Source: an uncultured delta proteobacterium (lineage in GTDB: Bacteria > Desulfobacterota > Desulfobaccia > Desulfobaccales > 0-14-0-80-60-11). From it: a DNA stretch of 64,000 nt. Location: positions 1,728,001 to 1,792,000 of the forward strand of contig CAWETI010000003.1 in assembly GCA_963812015.1 (NCBI GenBank), in the 5' to 3' direction. This document shows positions 31,939 to 42,190 of the stretch, piece after piece. The notes beneath the pieces are model-generated. The model searched no databases. It saw nothing but the letters and a program-made list of their open reading frames with translations, and had not been told where the DNA came from. Positions within the stretch are counted from its first letter, which is position 1; each line of letters starts with the position of its first letter. A program made the translations under genes and the position numbers.

Positions 31939-32712
31939 TTACAGCGGCTTGTCGGACTTCATGTCCGACAGCAGGCGCCGGGCTTCCTGCTTGTCCTCTT
32001 CCAGATCCTGGGTCTTGACGGCATGTTGGCTGGAGGTGAGCACCTGTTCTAATTGCTGTTGGGCCAGGGAAGGAAAATGGAGGCGATACAGGGTCTGGGC
32101 CAGGTACAGATGGTTAGTGCTGTTATCCGGGCCCAGCCGCACCGCCGCCTGGAGGTGTTCCAGAGATTTTTTCAGGTCCCCCACCGACATGGGCCAGCCT
32201 GGGGCTTCGAAATAGATGCGGCCCAGCACCCGGTGGGCCCCGGCCTGGTCATAGGTTTCATCCAGGACCACGGCGCGTTCAAGCTCCTCGATGATCTGGG
32301 GGAGCAGCTTGCGTCCTGTCATTAACCCGCCGGCATCGGCCTGGCCGCACAGATTCATGGCCAGCCAGTAATAGCCCTCGGTTCGGTTGGGGTCCTCATT
32401 GATAAGCATCTCGGCGTAGATCTTGCCCTTGCGGTAAAAGCCCTCGCTGTATTTTTTGGGGGACATATCTCCCATCACGAAGCAGACTCGAGCCAGTTGC
32501 GCCAGAATCAGGGGCCGGGGCGCCCCGCCCGAGGACAGGAGACCGTTGTAAAGGGTCAGGGCTTGTTCGGCCTGGCTCATGTCCAGGGTGGGGCTCATAA
32601 GGAGCGCGTCGGCTTCGGCCAGCGGTCCGGTCCCGGCGCCGCGGCCAGCGGTCGCACTCAGGAGCGTGATCGCGATGCATCCCAAAATCTTCAGCCAGCA
32701 CGTACGTGGCAT
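31939..32712 (-). CDS. Exported TPR-repeat protein
   Basis: Signal peptide; EGYYWLA, AGAHRVLGRIYFEAPGWPMSVGD, NHLYLA helical repeats. Confidence 0.8.
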   Translation of the reverse strand: MPRTCWLKILGCIAITLLSATAGRGAGTGPLAEADALLMSPTLDMSQAEQALTLYNGLLSSGGAPRPLILAQLARVCFVMGDMSPKKYSEGFYRKGKIYAEMLINEDPNRTEGYYWLAMNLCGQADAGGLMTGRKLLPQIIEELERAVVLDETYDQAGAHRVLGRIYFEAPGWPMSVGDLKKSLEHLQAAVRLGPDNSTNHLYLAQTLYRLHFPSLAQQQLEQVLTSSQHAVKTQDLEEDKQEARRLLSDMKSDKPL

Positions 32713-32947
32713 AATTTGTCCCGGCAAGGAAAATTAGGGGTGATTTAAGGACCCAAAGCCCGCACTAGTCATAATTTCAATATAAATCTGCCAAAGCCCG
32801 TTGCCAACCCCGGAAGGCGTGGCCGGGGTAAATATTTGACTTTTTCTCCACCTGGCCATCATCGAGGTTTCCTCATAAGACCTTGCCCGGCCGCCGTTTC
32901 TGTGATAGAGGATTGAGGAAACCCACATGCCGGTGGCAGGAGGAAAA

Positions 32948-33358
32948 ATGGCTGGGCTCAACAAGGTTATTCTGGTGGGGAATCTGGGGGCCGATCCGGA
33001 GATGCGCTATACTGCCGACGGGACTGCGGTGTGCAAGTTCTCCCTGGCCACTAGCCGGAAATTCACTGGGAAAGATGGACAGAAGCAGGAAAAGACCGAG
33101 TGGCATCGCATCGTGGTCTGGCGCAAACTGGCGGAGATCTGCGGCCAGTATCTCTCCAAGGGCAAACAGGTAATAATTGAGGGCCGGATTGAGTACGGGT
33201 CCTACGAAAAGGACGGCGTGAAGCACTATACCACCGACATCGTCGCCGAAAATATGACGATGCTGGGAGGCCCTGGTCCAGGCAACCGGGGGCAAGAGCC
33301 GGAGCCGCCTTTTGGACCGCCGCAAGGCGGGGCCCCGGAAGACGATATCCCCTTTTAG
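32948..33358 (+). CDS. ssb: Single-stranded DNA-binding protein
   Basis: LNKVILVGNLGADPE, TEWHRIV, DDIPF tail. Confidence 0.98.
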   Translation: MAGLNKVILVGNLGADPEMRYTADGTAVCKFSLATSRKFTGKDGQKQEKTEWHRIVVWRKLAEICGQYLSKGKQVIIEGRIEYGSYEKDGVKHYTTDIVAENMTMLGGPGPGNRGQEPEPPFGPPQGGAPEDDIPF

Positions 33359-33427
33359 GGTTTAGGGCCGGCGGAGCCGAGAGCCCCGCTCCGGAAAATT
33401 CGCAGCCACGGGAGAGATGAATCCGTT

Positions 33428-34069
33428 TTGCAACTCAGGCGACGCCAATTACGGGAACAAATCGTTACCTTGCTCCAAGCAGGGAATTTCCCGGGCCTGG
33501 AGGAACTGGCGGGCCGGAATTCCGGCGTGGCTCCCATCCTGATGCAACTTTTCTATGACCCGGGCGATCTCCTGCACTGGCGGGCCCTGGAGGGCCTGGG
33601 ACATGTAGCCGGATCCCATCCGGCCCAGGTGCAAAAACTCATCAACCGGCTCATCTACCTGCTCAACGAGGATTCGGGGAGCAACGGCTGGGGGGCGGCC
33701 TCGGCCCTGGGAGAGATCGGGCGGCACCAAATCTCCCTGGTGAGAGAGATCATCCCCATGTTCATCGGCTTCCTGGAGGAACCCTTTTCCCGGGAGCCCA
33801 TGCTCTGGGGCATAGGTCGGCTGGGGGAGGTGCATCCGGAACTTCTCCACGAAGTCTTGCCCGAGATTGTACCTTTTCTCACAAATCCTGAGCCCCAACT
33901 GCGGGCCCTTACTGCCTTGGCCCTCGGGAAAGCCCGCTACCGGCCCGCAGCCGGTGCCCTCCGAGCCCTGGAAGAAGACGACCACCCAGTGCAGCTTTAC
34001 GACCGCGGTAACCTGATCAAGACCACCGTGGGCCAACTCGCCCGGGAAGCTTTAGCTGGCCTGGCCTGA
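33428..34069 (+). CDS. HEAT-repeat protein (DVU0298-like)
   Basis: WRALEGLG, LNEDSGSNGWGAASALGEI, LWGIGRLG, TVGQLAREAL. Confidence 0.8.
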   Translation: MQLRRRQLREQIVTLLQAGNFPGLEELAGRNSGVAPILMQLFYDPGDLLHWRALEGLGHVAGSHPAQVQKLINRLIYLLNEDSGSNGWGAASALGEIGRHQISLVREIIPMFIGFLEEPFSREPMLWGIGRLGEVHPELLHEVLPEIVPFLTNPEPQLRALTALALGKARYRPAAGALRALEEDDHPVQLYDRGNLIKTTVGQLAREALAGLA

Positions 34070-34145
34070 ATCAGGCCTGGCCGAGGATTCATCATTTTCT
34101 GTGCATGCGCATCAGATTAAACCCGCATAAGAAAGGAAGGTGCAG

Positions 34146-34277
34146 ATGTTTCTACTCATCGTTGCTTTTGGCCTCGGCGTATTCGTAGGCTACAAATACC
34201 CCCAGCAAGTTGATCAGGCCGTCCAGTCCGGCAAAAAAGTCTTTAATGATTTAAAGGATAAGGTCTCCAAAAAGTAG
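34146..34277 (+). CDS. 43-aa single-pass membrane microprotein (not in ORF track)
   Basis: aaggaagg RBS; MFLLIVAFGLGVFVGYKYPQQVDQAVQSGKKVFNDLKDKVSKK. Confidence 0.65.
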   Translation: MFLLIVAFGLGVFVGYKYPQQVDQAVQSGKKVFNDLKDKVSKK

Positions 34278-34453
34278 CCCCGAAGATTCACTCTCTGCTC
34301 TCCCTCCGGGGAGCCCGGCGGGCTTGCCTCGGCCCTGGGCCTCTCGACTTCCAGGTGCCCTTCCCGGGGGGAAGCACCCGGGCAATCTTTGGGAGTTGGG
34401 AAGCGGGGCCGCGGGGCGGACGAGGCGGAGCTTGTCAGAGCGCCGCCCGTATT

Positions 34454-35221
34454 TCAGGCTCTCAGCGCGATGATGCCCCCCTGGCGGCCGGTAACCTGGT
34501 CCCGCCGGTAGGAGAAAAAATCTCCGGCGCCACAGCGGGTGCAGAGACCGACGAGGTCGAGGCGCGCCGGCGCGAGCCCGGCGGCGCTGAGTTGGTCCAG
34601 GCTAAGCCGCCAGAGGTCGAAGTAGTCGGGCCGCACCTGGTAGTCCCACAGGGGTGCAGGAAATTCCTGGCGGAAGTTCCGGAATTCGGCGCAGCAGGGG
34701 CCCAGGCTTGGTCCTATGGTGGCATAGAGGTCGGCGGGGTGGGTGCCAAACCTATCCTGGAGCAGCCTTACTGTCTCTGCCAGGATATTGTGGACTTGCC
34801 CGCGCCAGCCGCAATGGACGTTGGCCACCACCCGGTTGACGGGATCATAGAGCATGACCGCCTGGCAGTCGGCCTGTTTGATGAGCAGGCCCAGGCCGGG
34901 TACGGTGGTGATCAGAATGTCCACCTCCGGGATGTCCGAAACCAGGGCCTGGCGGGCCGAGCTGATCACCGCGGCCCGCCCGCCGTGTACCTGGCCGGCG
35001 CTGGCCAGGACGTCCAGCCCCAGGGCCTCCTGCATCCGACGCAGATTCTCGGTCACCGCCTCCCGCCGGTCCCCCACTGCCAGGCTAACATTGAGGCTCT
35101 GATAAGCCCCGGTGCTCACCCCCCCCTGCCGGGTGAAAAACCCGTGCACCAAACCCGGCAATGCGGCCAGCAAAGGGCTACGATGGTATCTGAGGCCGCT
35201 GATTGCCTCCCAATCCGCCAT
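34454..35221 (-). CDS. pgeF: YfiH/PgeF purine nucleoside phosphorylase / peptidoglycan editing factor
   Basis: HGFFTRQGGVS, QVHG, ADCQ, HCGWRG, IGPSLGPCC, CTRC..FFSYRR. Confidence 0.93.
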   Translation of the reverse strand: MADWEAISGLRYHRSPLLAALPGLVHGFFTRQGGVSTGAYQSLNVSLAVGDRREAVTENLRRMQEALGLDVLASAGQVHGGRAAVISSARQALVSDIPEVDILITTVPGLGLLIKQADCQAVMLYDPVNRVVANVHCGWRGQVHNILAETVRLLQDRFGTHPADLYATIGPSLGPCCAEFRNFRQEFPAPLWDYQVRPDYFDLWRLSLDQLSAAGLAPARLDLVGLCTRCGAGDFFSYRRDQVTGRQGGIIALRA

Positions 35222-35478
35222 CCGCCTGCATCTCCTTTTCGGCTACTCTACCATACCCGGTAATGCAGGGAAATTCCAATCTCACCTTCACCAACTGCAC
35301 GATAGGGGCGGGAGCTGAGCTAAAGATTTGATCCTGGTTTGTCCGAGGTCACTATTGTCCTGAAGGAGAAATATGCCGCCCAATTCTTTTTAACCTGGCC
35401 GCATTCCGGACCTAGGGCGTATAATTTAAGATGGAGAAAATTTGTAGCCGGATCAATGCATCGAGGAGGACATCACCC

Positions 35479-36204
35479 ATGGCGGCCAAAAGCCTATTGA
35501 TCGTACAGCACATGAATTGGGAAGGCCCCGGACAGCACCTGCTGGCCGCGCTTCTGGCCGGGTGGATCGACTTCAAGGTTGTGGAGGCCTGGCAGGAACC
35601 CCTGCCCCCCATGGACCCCTATGGCGGCATGATTGTCTTAGGAGGGTCTCCCAATGTGGATGAGGACAAGGAATTCCCCTACCTCGTACCCCTGAAGGCC
35701 CGCATCCGGGAAGTGATCGCCACAAAGAAAGCCTACCTGGGATTTTGCCTGGGGCACCAGTTGCTGGGCCATGTGCTGGGGTGCCGGGTTGGTCCCCTCA
35801 CCCGGAAGTCGGTGGGCTTCATCACCGGGGAACTGACCCCCGCCGGCAGGTCGCACCCGGTTTTCCAAGGGTTGCCGGCGCAGTTCAACCTGTTCAAATG
35901 GCACGGCCAGGGAGTGCTGCCCCCCATGCCAGCGGGTATCAGCCTCCTGGCCAAATCGGACGCGGCGCCGGTTGAGGCCCTGGGGATGGAGGAAAATTCC
36001 CGGGTGGTGAGCCTGCAATATGATAACCATGCCGCGGCGGTGGATGTAGCCACCTGGCTCAAACATGACGGCGAGTGGGCCTTAAAGGGCTCGGGCGCTG
36101 ACCCCGAGGCCATGGTCGCCACTGCCGTAGCCCAGGAAGCCGCCATGGGACTGGAGTTCCGCCGCTTCATGGACAATTTCTTCCGGTTGGTGTGGGGCGA
36201 TTAA
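35479..36204 (+). CDS. Class I glutamine amidotransferase-like protein
   Basis: QH..WEGPG, IVLGGS, LGFCLGHQLL, WHG; the usual H-x-E catalytic motif looks altered (LQYDNH). Confidence 0.85.
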   Translation: MAAKSLLIVQHMNWEGPGQHLLAALLAGWIDFKVVEAWQEPLPPMDPYGGMIVLGGSPNVDEDKEFPYLVPLKARIREVIATKKAYLGFCLGHQLLGHVLGCRVGPLTRKSVGFITGELTPAGRSHPVFQGLPAQFNLFKWHGQGVLPPMPAGISLLAKSDAAPVEALGMEENSRVVSLQYDNHAAAVDVATWLKHDGEWALKGSGADPEAMVATAVAQEAAMGLEFRRFMDNFFRLVWGD

Positions 36205-36335
36205 TTAATTGGGGGCAGGGATGGTTGGCACCCTAAAGACTGACATAGTCAGGGGGGTTCGCGGGGCAAATTTCGGCGCCTGACCTCCTGGCATGAAAAT
36301 TGAAGCTCCAGTAAAGAAAAATATCAGAGAGTGCT

Positions 36336-36521
36336 ATGATGAAGCGAAACAAACGCACCGAAATTATGGCCCATGAAGACTTGACCCCCCTTACGGAGCA
36401 GATCCTGGCGCAAATGGGCGAAGAAGGGGCTGACATTCGCAAACGCCTAAAGAAATTCTATCGCAATCGCGCCTTTAACCCTCGGTTCTCCTTTGAAGAG
36501 ACCTCGGTAAAAAGCCCATAG
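36336..36521 (+). CDS. Small hypothetical protein
   Basis: 61-aa ORF, no recognisable motif. Confidence 0.4.
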   Translation: MMKRNKRTEIMAHEDLTPLTEQILAQMGEEGADIRKRLKKFYRNRAFNPRFSFEETSVKSP

Positions 36522-37005
36522 GGCCTTGCTTTATCACGCCATGGGGGGCGCAATCAATCGCGTCCCCACGGCAAGGTATCATTATTACCTGGCGTTCCAT
36601 GGACTGGATGAGACTAGAGGTTCATGAACAGCTTGGCAATATGGCTAGCGAAGTATAGACTTTGGCATTTGCAGGGTGGGCGCGAAATTATTTCCTGGGA
36701 TGTCCGGGGCAAGCTCATGCCGCTGCTTGGCCAGAAAATTGCTTCCGGGTGCAACTCTTTTTTTCAAGCGTCTCTGCTGATAACTGAACCCTGACCGCTA
36801 ACCGCTTTTTCATCTAAAATCCTGGAGGGACAATACTAACTGAGGGGGTAGTCTAAACGGAGAATATTTTGCGCCTCGGCCCCATGATTTCAGGCCCATT
36901 TTCAAAGAAAGACGCTTCATTTCCCCAGGGATGCATACCTTTGCTTGACGGGCACGGCGGCGGTGTTTATAGTGGGGTCAGTATGAATGGGGGGAGAGCA
37001 CACTT

Positions 37006-37401
37006 ATGACTTGGTTACACCTGTTACTGGTTCTGGGACTGTTGACGGCGGGATGCGACCAGGTGTTGTATCAGCGCTTCGAAAAGAGCATGTGGTCCAA
37101 CTACGTCCACCTGAATGAACTGAAAAAGGGGATCACCAAGTCCGAAGTGTTGGGCATCATGGGCCCGCCCGGGATCAGTGAATCAGGGGATTACCGAGCC
37201 GGCCACTACAACATCCTTTTCTACCTGACCCACAGCATGGATTTCGATGAGAGCAACACCGTCCGCAACGGCTACACCCCCCTGGTATTCCAAAATGACC
37301 GGTTGGTAGGCATCGGCAGGCGAGATTACCGTCAGGCGGTAGACCGCCCGGAATCCGATGGGGTGCCCCGGGAAAACCTACCCTGGAGTCGAACCCAGTG
37401 A
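37006..37401 (+). CDS. DUF3192/BamE-like lipoprotein
   Basis: Lipobox LTAGC; LKKGITKSEVLGIMGPP...ILFYLT...TPLVFQNDRLVGIG. Confidence 0.75.
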   Translation: MTWLHLLLVLGLLTAGCDQVLYQRFEKSMWSNYVHLNELKKGITKSEVLGIMGPPGISESGDYRAGHYNILFYLTHSMDFDESNTVRNGYTPLVFQNDRLVGIGRRDYRQAVDRPESDGVPRENLPWSRTQ

Positions 37402-37536
37402 CCGGTGACAGCAACCCTGGGAGTTGCCACCGTCTCTGACTGAGGCCGGCTCCCCCTCATAAAACTTTGCCTTGAGCCGGGCCATGGGGCTGCCCGGCTC
37501 CATTGCCCCTCCCCGCCGATGGGGAAAGAGCCTGCC

Positions 37537-38580
37537 TCAGCCCATGGGCAGCTCGATTTTTTCTCCAGCCAGTTGGCCGCAGGCGGCTCTGATCTCCTGC
37601 CCCCGGCTCTCTCTGATCATCACCGTATAATTGGCTTCCCGCAAAATCTCCTGGAACTCCAGGGTGCGCGCCTCCGGTGGCGGCCCATAGGGCAGGCGCG
37701 GGTGGCGGTTAAAAGGGATCAGGTTGATCTTGGCTCGAAAGCCCCGTAGCAGCCGGGCCAGTTGCCGGGCCTGGTCCAGCGCGTCATTGATGCCGTCCAG
37801 GAGCACATAGGCAAAAGTGATGCGCCGGTGCCGGGGCAGCGGGAAGGCCCGGCAGGCGGCCAGGAGTTCTTCCAGCGGGTAGCGTCGGTTGATGGGCATG
37901 ATCCGGCTCCGGGTCTCGTCATCCGGGGCATTGAGGGAGATGGTGAGGTTGGCATTGGCCTCAAGGCCCAATCGAGGGATCAACGGGGCCAACCCGGCGG
38001 TGGACACGGTGATGCGGCGAGGAGAGAAACGCAGCCCCCAGGGCGCGGTGATCATGGCTAGGGCCCGCACCAGGGCGTCAAAATTGGCCAGAGGCTCCCC
38101 CATGCCCATGAAGACCAAGTTGGTGATCTTGAGCCCCCCCGCTAGCTCCCGGCGCACCGCCAAAACTTGATTGAGGATTTCGCTGGCCCTCAAGTTGCGG
38201 ATCAAACCCCGCCTGGCCGTCAGGCAGAATACGCATCCCTGGGCACACCCCACCTGAGTGGACAGGCAGAGGGTGGCGTGGCCTTCTTCCGGGATGAGGA
38301 CCGATTCGATGAGGTTGCCATCTTCCAGGGCGAACAGGAATTTTCGGCAGCCATCCCCGGCCGCTTGCACCTGCTCCACCTTAAGGCCGCTGATCCGGGC
38401 CTGCCGGGAGAGCTCCTCCCGGAAAGGTCGGGCGATATCGGTCATGGCCTCAAACTCGCCGACCCCTTTGTAGAGCCACTTGACTAGCTGCCGGGCCCGA
38501 AAGGCCGGCTGGCCCCAGTCGGCCATAAGCTGCTCCAGCTCCGGGAGAGTGAAATCTTTCAGATCCAAGGGGTGAGTCAT
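37537..38580 (-). CDS. rlmN: 23S rRNA m2A2503 methyltransferase
   Basis: CLSTQVGCAQGCVFC, FMGMGEPL, NLIPFN, AACGQL. Confidence 0.97.
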   Translation of the reverse strand: MTHPLDLKDFTLPELEQLMADWGQPAFRARQLVKWLYKGVGEFEAMTDIARPFREELSRQARISGLKVEQVQAAGDGCRKFLFALEDGNLIESVLIPEEGHATLCLSTQVGCAQGCVFCLTARRGLIRNLRASEILNQVLAVRRELAGGLKITNLVFMGMGEPLANFDALVRALAMITAPWGLRFSPRRITVSTAGLAPLIPRLGLEANANLTISLNAPDDETRSRIMPINRRYPLEELLAACRAFPLPRHRRITFAYVLLDGINDALDQARQLARLLRGFRAKINLIPFNRHPRLPYGPPPEARTLEFQEILREANYTVMIRESRGQEIRAACGQLAGEKIELPMG

Positions 38581-38690
38581 GAGAGGAATGGTGCCGTAGG
38601 TTGATGGCGCTGTCGCGGGTTCTGGCTAAAGGAGGCGTGTGCTCCGTAGGTTAGATGATGAGCAACGTGATCGGCGTACCTCAAAAACGG

Positions 38691-39053
38691 TTATTGCCCC
38701 CGGGCCCGCTCCAGGGATTCCTGCCTGGATTTGCAGGCGATACACATGGTGGTTACGGGCCGAGCCTTGAGGCGCTTTTCGGTGATCTCGCCGCCGCAGA
38801 GTTCGCAGTAGCCGTAGGTGCCGGCATCGATTCGGTCCAGGGCCTCCCTGATCTTGCTGATCAATTTCCGTTCCCGATCGCGGATGCGCAGGGTGAAGTT
38901 GCGGTCGGTTTCCAGACTGGCCCGGTCCGTTGGGTCCGGGAAGGGGGCAATGACGCCGACCATGTCACTGCGCGTCTTGTTGGCCTCTCCCAGGATTTCT
39001 TCCAACCGTTCTTGCAAGAGGGTGCGGAAATATTCCAGTCGTTCAGGTTCCAT
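38691..39053 (-). CDS. dksA: RNA polymerase-binding protein DksA
   Basis: DPTDRA tip, RDRERKLISKI, C4 zinc finger. Confidence 0.95.
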   Translation of the reverse strand: MEPERLEYFRTLLQERLEEILGEANKTRSDMVGVIAPFPDPTDRASLETDRNFTLRIRDRERKLISKIREALDRIDAGTYGYCELCGGEITEKRLKARPVTTMCIACKSRQESLERARGQ

Positions 39054-39081
39054 TACTCAACTCCAGCCTGCTTAAAATGAT

Positions 39082-39570
39082 TTATGGGGTAGCTGCGACC
39101 CGTTGATATTCACCACTGGCTCCCCCGCTCTTTTCCATGAGCATCAGGTCTGAAATCATCAGACCCCGATCCACGGCTTTACACATGTCGTAAATGGTCA
39201 GCGCGGCCACCGCCGCGGCCGTCAAGGCCTCCATTTCCACCCCGGTGCGGGCGTAGGTCTGCACCCGAACCCGGATGGCCACCGCCCACTCTCCGGGCTC
39301 CGGCATAAAGTCCACGTCAATCCCGGTCAGAGGCAAAGGATGGCACAGGGGAATGAGTTGGGAGGTATTCTTGGCCGCCATGATGCCGGCCAGCCTCGCC
39401 GCGGCCCAAACATCCCCTTTGGGGAGGCGGCCGCTCAGGAGCAAGGGGAACACTTTGGGACCCACCACGACCCGACAGGCAGCCGTGGCCTGGCGCAGGG
39501 TCTCGGGCTTGCCCCCCACATCCACCATGCGCATCTGCCCTGATTCATCCAGGTGGGTGAAGCTACTCAT
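39082..39570 (-). CDS. moaC: Cyclic pyranopterin monophosphate synthase
   Basis: FTHLD..MVDV, LIPLCHP, TGVEMEAL, YDMCKAVD, EKSGG. Confidence 0.97.
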   Translation of the reverse strand: MSSFTHLDESGQMRMVDVGGKPETLRQATAACRVVVGPKVFPLLLSGRLPKGDVWAAARLAGIMAAKNTSQLIPLCHPLPLTGIDVDFMPEPGEWAVAIRVRVQTYARTGVEMEALTAAAVAALTIYDMCKAVDRGLMISDLMLMEKSGGASGEYQRVAATP

Positions 39571-40630
39571 GGCCGGCTCTATCCATCTGCCCCCATTCCA
39601 GGCAGCCTAACTCCTCCAGGGGCGACCGCTGATGCGGACTGAGGTTTTGCGGAGTGGTAACGATGACCTCGTTCACTTGATCCCCCGGCAGCTGAGGGGG
39701 GCTCCCCGGCGCCCCGGCCCCGAGAAACCGTAATGTCCAGCCGGTTTGCGTGCCCTGGGGCAGATTGACCGTCTGAAAGCCATCCAGAGTGGGGATGCGG
39801 ATGGCGCCGCCCAGGGCGGCCTCGGCAAAAGAAACCTCGACCTTGCAGTGAATATCGTTGCCCACCCGGGTGAAAAAGTCGTGAGCGGCCACATGGATCA
39901 CTACCAGCAGGTTCCCCGGAGGGCCATTCCGGAACCCGGCCCCGCCCTCGCCTTGAATCCTAAAACGGGCCCCGTCCCGGGTGCCCGGAGGAATCCGCAG
40001 GTGGTATTCCTTCTTATGGATGTACAGGCCCAGGCCGTCGCAGCGCTGGCAGGGATGAGCCACGATTTTGCCCAGGCCCCGGCAACCCTCGCACACGGGA
40101 CCGAACCGCAGCAGCCCGGGCCCCCCGAACCGGCGCCCCCGGCCCTGGCAATCCGGACACTCTCGATATTCGGTGCCCGGCGACCGCCCGGTACCCCCGC
40201 AATGGCGGCAGGGCGGATGATGCTCCACCGCGATGACGGTTCCCATACCCTTAATAGCCGCGGTAAAGGGAATTTCCAGGTCATAGCGGAAGTCGGCCCC
40301 TGCCGACCATGACAGCGGCGTACCCTCCTGGGGAATGCCGAACATCTCTTCAAAGAATTGTTCCTGGTCGGTAAATCGGGGTTGTCGATACTGGGCGGCG
40401 TTTCTCCGGTTGCGGGCCCTGGCCTGGGCCTGGCTCTTGGCTTCGGACCTGGCTGCCAGGATGCCCTCAAAGGCGTCCACCACCAGGCGGAAGCGGGCGG
40501 CAGCTTCCGGATCATCCGGGTTATGGTCGGGGTGGTGCTGGCGCGCCAACAGGCGGTAGCGCCGGCGCACTTCCTCCAAGGTGCTGGTGGGTTTTACCCC
40601 CAAGATACGGTAATAATCCAGATCTGCCAT
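39563..40630 (-). CDS. DnaJ-family co-chaperone (paralog)
   Basis: J domain with HPD, four CxxCxGxG repeats, DnaJ C-terminal domain. Confidence 0.88.
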   Translation of the reverse strand: MADLDYYRILGVKPTSTLEEVRRRYRLLARQHHPDHNPDDPEAAARFRLVVDAFEGILAARSEAKSQAQARARNRRNAAQYRQPRFTDQEQFFEEMFGIPQEGTPLSWSAGADFRYDLEIPFTAAIKGMGTVIAVEHHPPCRHCGGTGRSPGTEYRECPDCQGRGRRFGGPGLLRFGPVCEGCRGLGKIVAHPCQRCDGLGLYIHKKEYHLRIPPGTRDGARFRIQGEGGAGFRNGPPGNLLVVIHVAAHDFFTRVGNDIHCKVEVSFAEAALGGAIRIPTLDGFQTVNLPQGTQTGWTLRFLGAGAPGSPPQLPGDQVNEVIVTTPQNLSPHQRSPLEELGCLEWGQMDRAGHE

Positions 40631-40632
40631 GG

Positions 40633-41046
40633 TTAATTATCGGTGGCCTGGTCCGTCCCTATCGGTTGTCCGGCTATGAGGCCGGTAACCATGCCGGTTT
40701 TATCGTCATCGCCGGCGAGTTCGAAGGCCCGACGGGCGAAATGGAGTTTGCCCAGGGCCAAAGCCCGTTCGGCCAGCCGGCGCCAGACTTCCGGCTCCTG
40801 CTTGCCGAGGCGGGCCAGCAGAAAAGCATCTCCCGTTTCCAGGCAGTAAGTCTTAAGTTTCTCCAGATCTTCGGCAACGCCGCCTTTTTTGAAGAACGCC
40901 AGGGCATCTTCCCGCCAACCAAGCTCCAGAAACTTGCTGCCATACTCCCGGCAGAGGCCGGGGCTTAACGACTGATCGTTCAGCAACTGCCTTTTCTTCA
41001 GACAGTTAGGTAACCCTTTCGGCAAGGCCGGAGACACAGGACCCAA
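40633..41046 (-). CDS. Hypothetical alpha-helical protein
   Basis: GAGGT RBS before a TTG start; co-oriented at the head of the dnaJ-moaC-dksA-rlmN run. Confidence 0.7.
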   Translation of the reverse strand: MGPVSPALPKGLPNCLKKRQLLNDQSLSPGLCREYGSKFLELGWREDALAFFKKGGVAEDLEKLKTYCLETGDAFLLARLGKQEPEVWRRLAERALALGKLHFARRAFELAGDDDKTGMVTGLIAGQPIGTDQATDN

Positions 41047-41339
41047 AGTTTACACCTCTTCTTTCAGCTTATCAATTATTTATAAAATATCTTGAAGGGT
41101 ATGTAAACCGTAATTTTCCCGGCGCTGGGGTCGCCGGTAACCGGGGAAAACATTGACTTTCTCCTCATCATTCGGTATGGTAAACATGTCCGTGAGTATT
41201 TACCTAATTATTTCGGGAGCTTCAGAGTTGGCACCGGGCGAACTCACAGGGAAATACGGTTCATAGGCGGCCTCCGGGCCGGATGTTCCCAAGGGTTTAG
41301 GTAAGAACGCCATGCCGTCGGCCATCATTAAGCGAACTT

Positions 41340-41972
41340 ATGTTTAAACGGCTACTGGAGCGGTTTCACCAGGATCGCGGTCTTCACAAGGCCACGGTAC
41401 GCGTCGACTTCTCCCCCCAGAACCAGGTTACCCCCCAGATCTCGTGGTTGAGCAGCAACTCCCCCGAGGCCGATACCATCCCCTTGGTCCTCCTGGTTTA
41501 TGCCCGTATCCTTTATGAACTGGCGGAATTGAACGAAGGCCGGGTAGCCCGGGAACTGATCCGCTTCCTGGATCAGATCTGCGACCGGGTGCTTGACAGC
41601 GATGGCCCGCCGCGGCGGCCCCGCCTGCCCCTGGGGCAATTGAAGCTGGGTGCCGAGCCCGGCCAGCCCGCGGTCAGGTCTTACCAGGCGGAGTTCTACG
41701 AGTTTCAGGCCGGCGGCTACCGCCTGGATTTTCAAGGGAGCATAGGGAAAGAAGGCTTCTACCTGCCTGGGGCCTTCCTGGCCCTGTTGCAATCATGCCT
41801 GGACCACCTGGGGGACGACGCCCTGCGCCGCCTGACCCGGGGACTGGTGCGCCTCCACCTCTATTACCGGTATCGCCGGGATTTCTGGGAAGGGGGTGCG
41901 CTCACGGCCGGCCCAGCTTTCGCCCTGGGATCCGAAGAGATCCGGCCCGAGGAAGCCACCCCGGAGGTCTGA
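41340..41972 (+). CDS. Hypothetical protein
   Basis: 210-aa ORF with host-like codon usage. Confidence 0.7.
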   Translation: MFKRLLERFHQDRGLHKATVRVDFSPQNQVTPQISWLSSNSPEADTIPLVLLVYARILYELAELNEGRVARELIRFLDQICDRVLDSDGPPRRPRLPLGQLKLGAEPGQPAVRSYQAEFYEFQAGGYRLDFQGSIGKEGFYLPGAFLALLQSCLDHLGDDALRRLTRGLVRLHLYYRYRRDFWEGGALTAGPAFALGSEEIRPEEATPEV

Positions 41973-42190
41973 GGCGGCGGTTTTAACCTGCTTCGGAGAT
42001 TTTTGGGCGACCATAGAAGGTCGCCCTTTCTGTTCATGTCAGGAGTGCCTGTTTCCCTGACCCGGCAGTCATCCAGGTTGGAACTTGCCGGCAATATGTC
42101 CACATCTGGCGCCGGCGCCTGGGAGCCACGGCCAATACTTTGTCGGGCCAGCACAGGCCCTGGTCGAATTAAGGTGAGAGAAAGTTGGGG

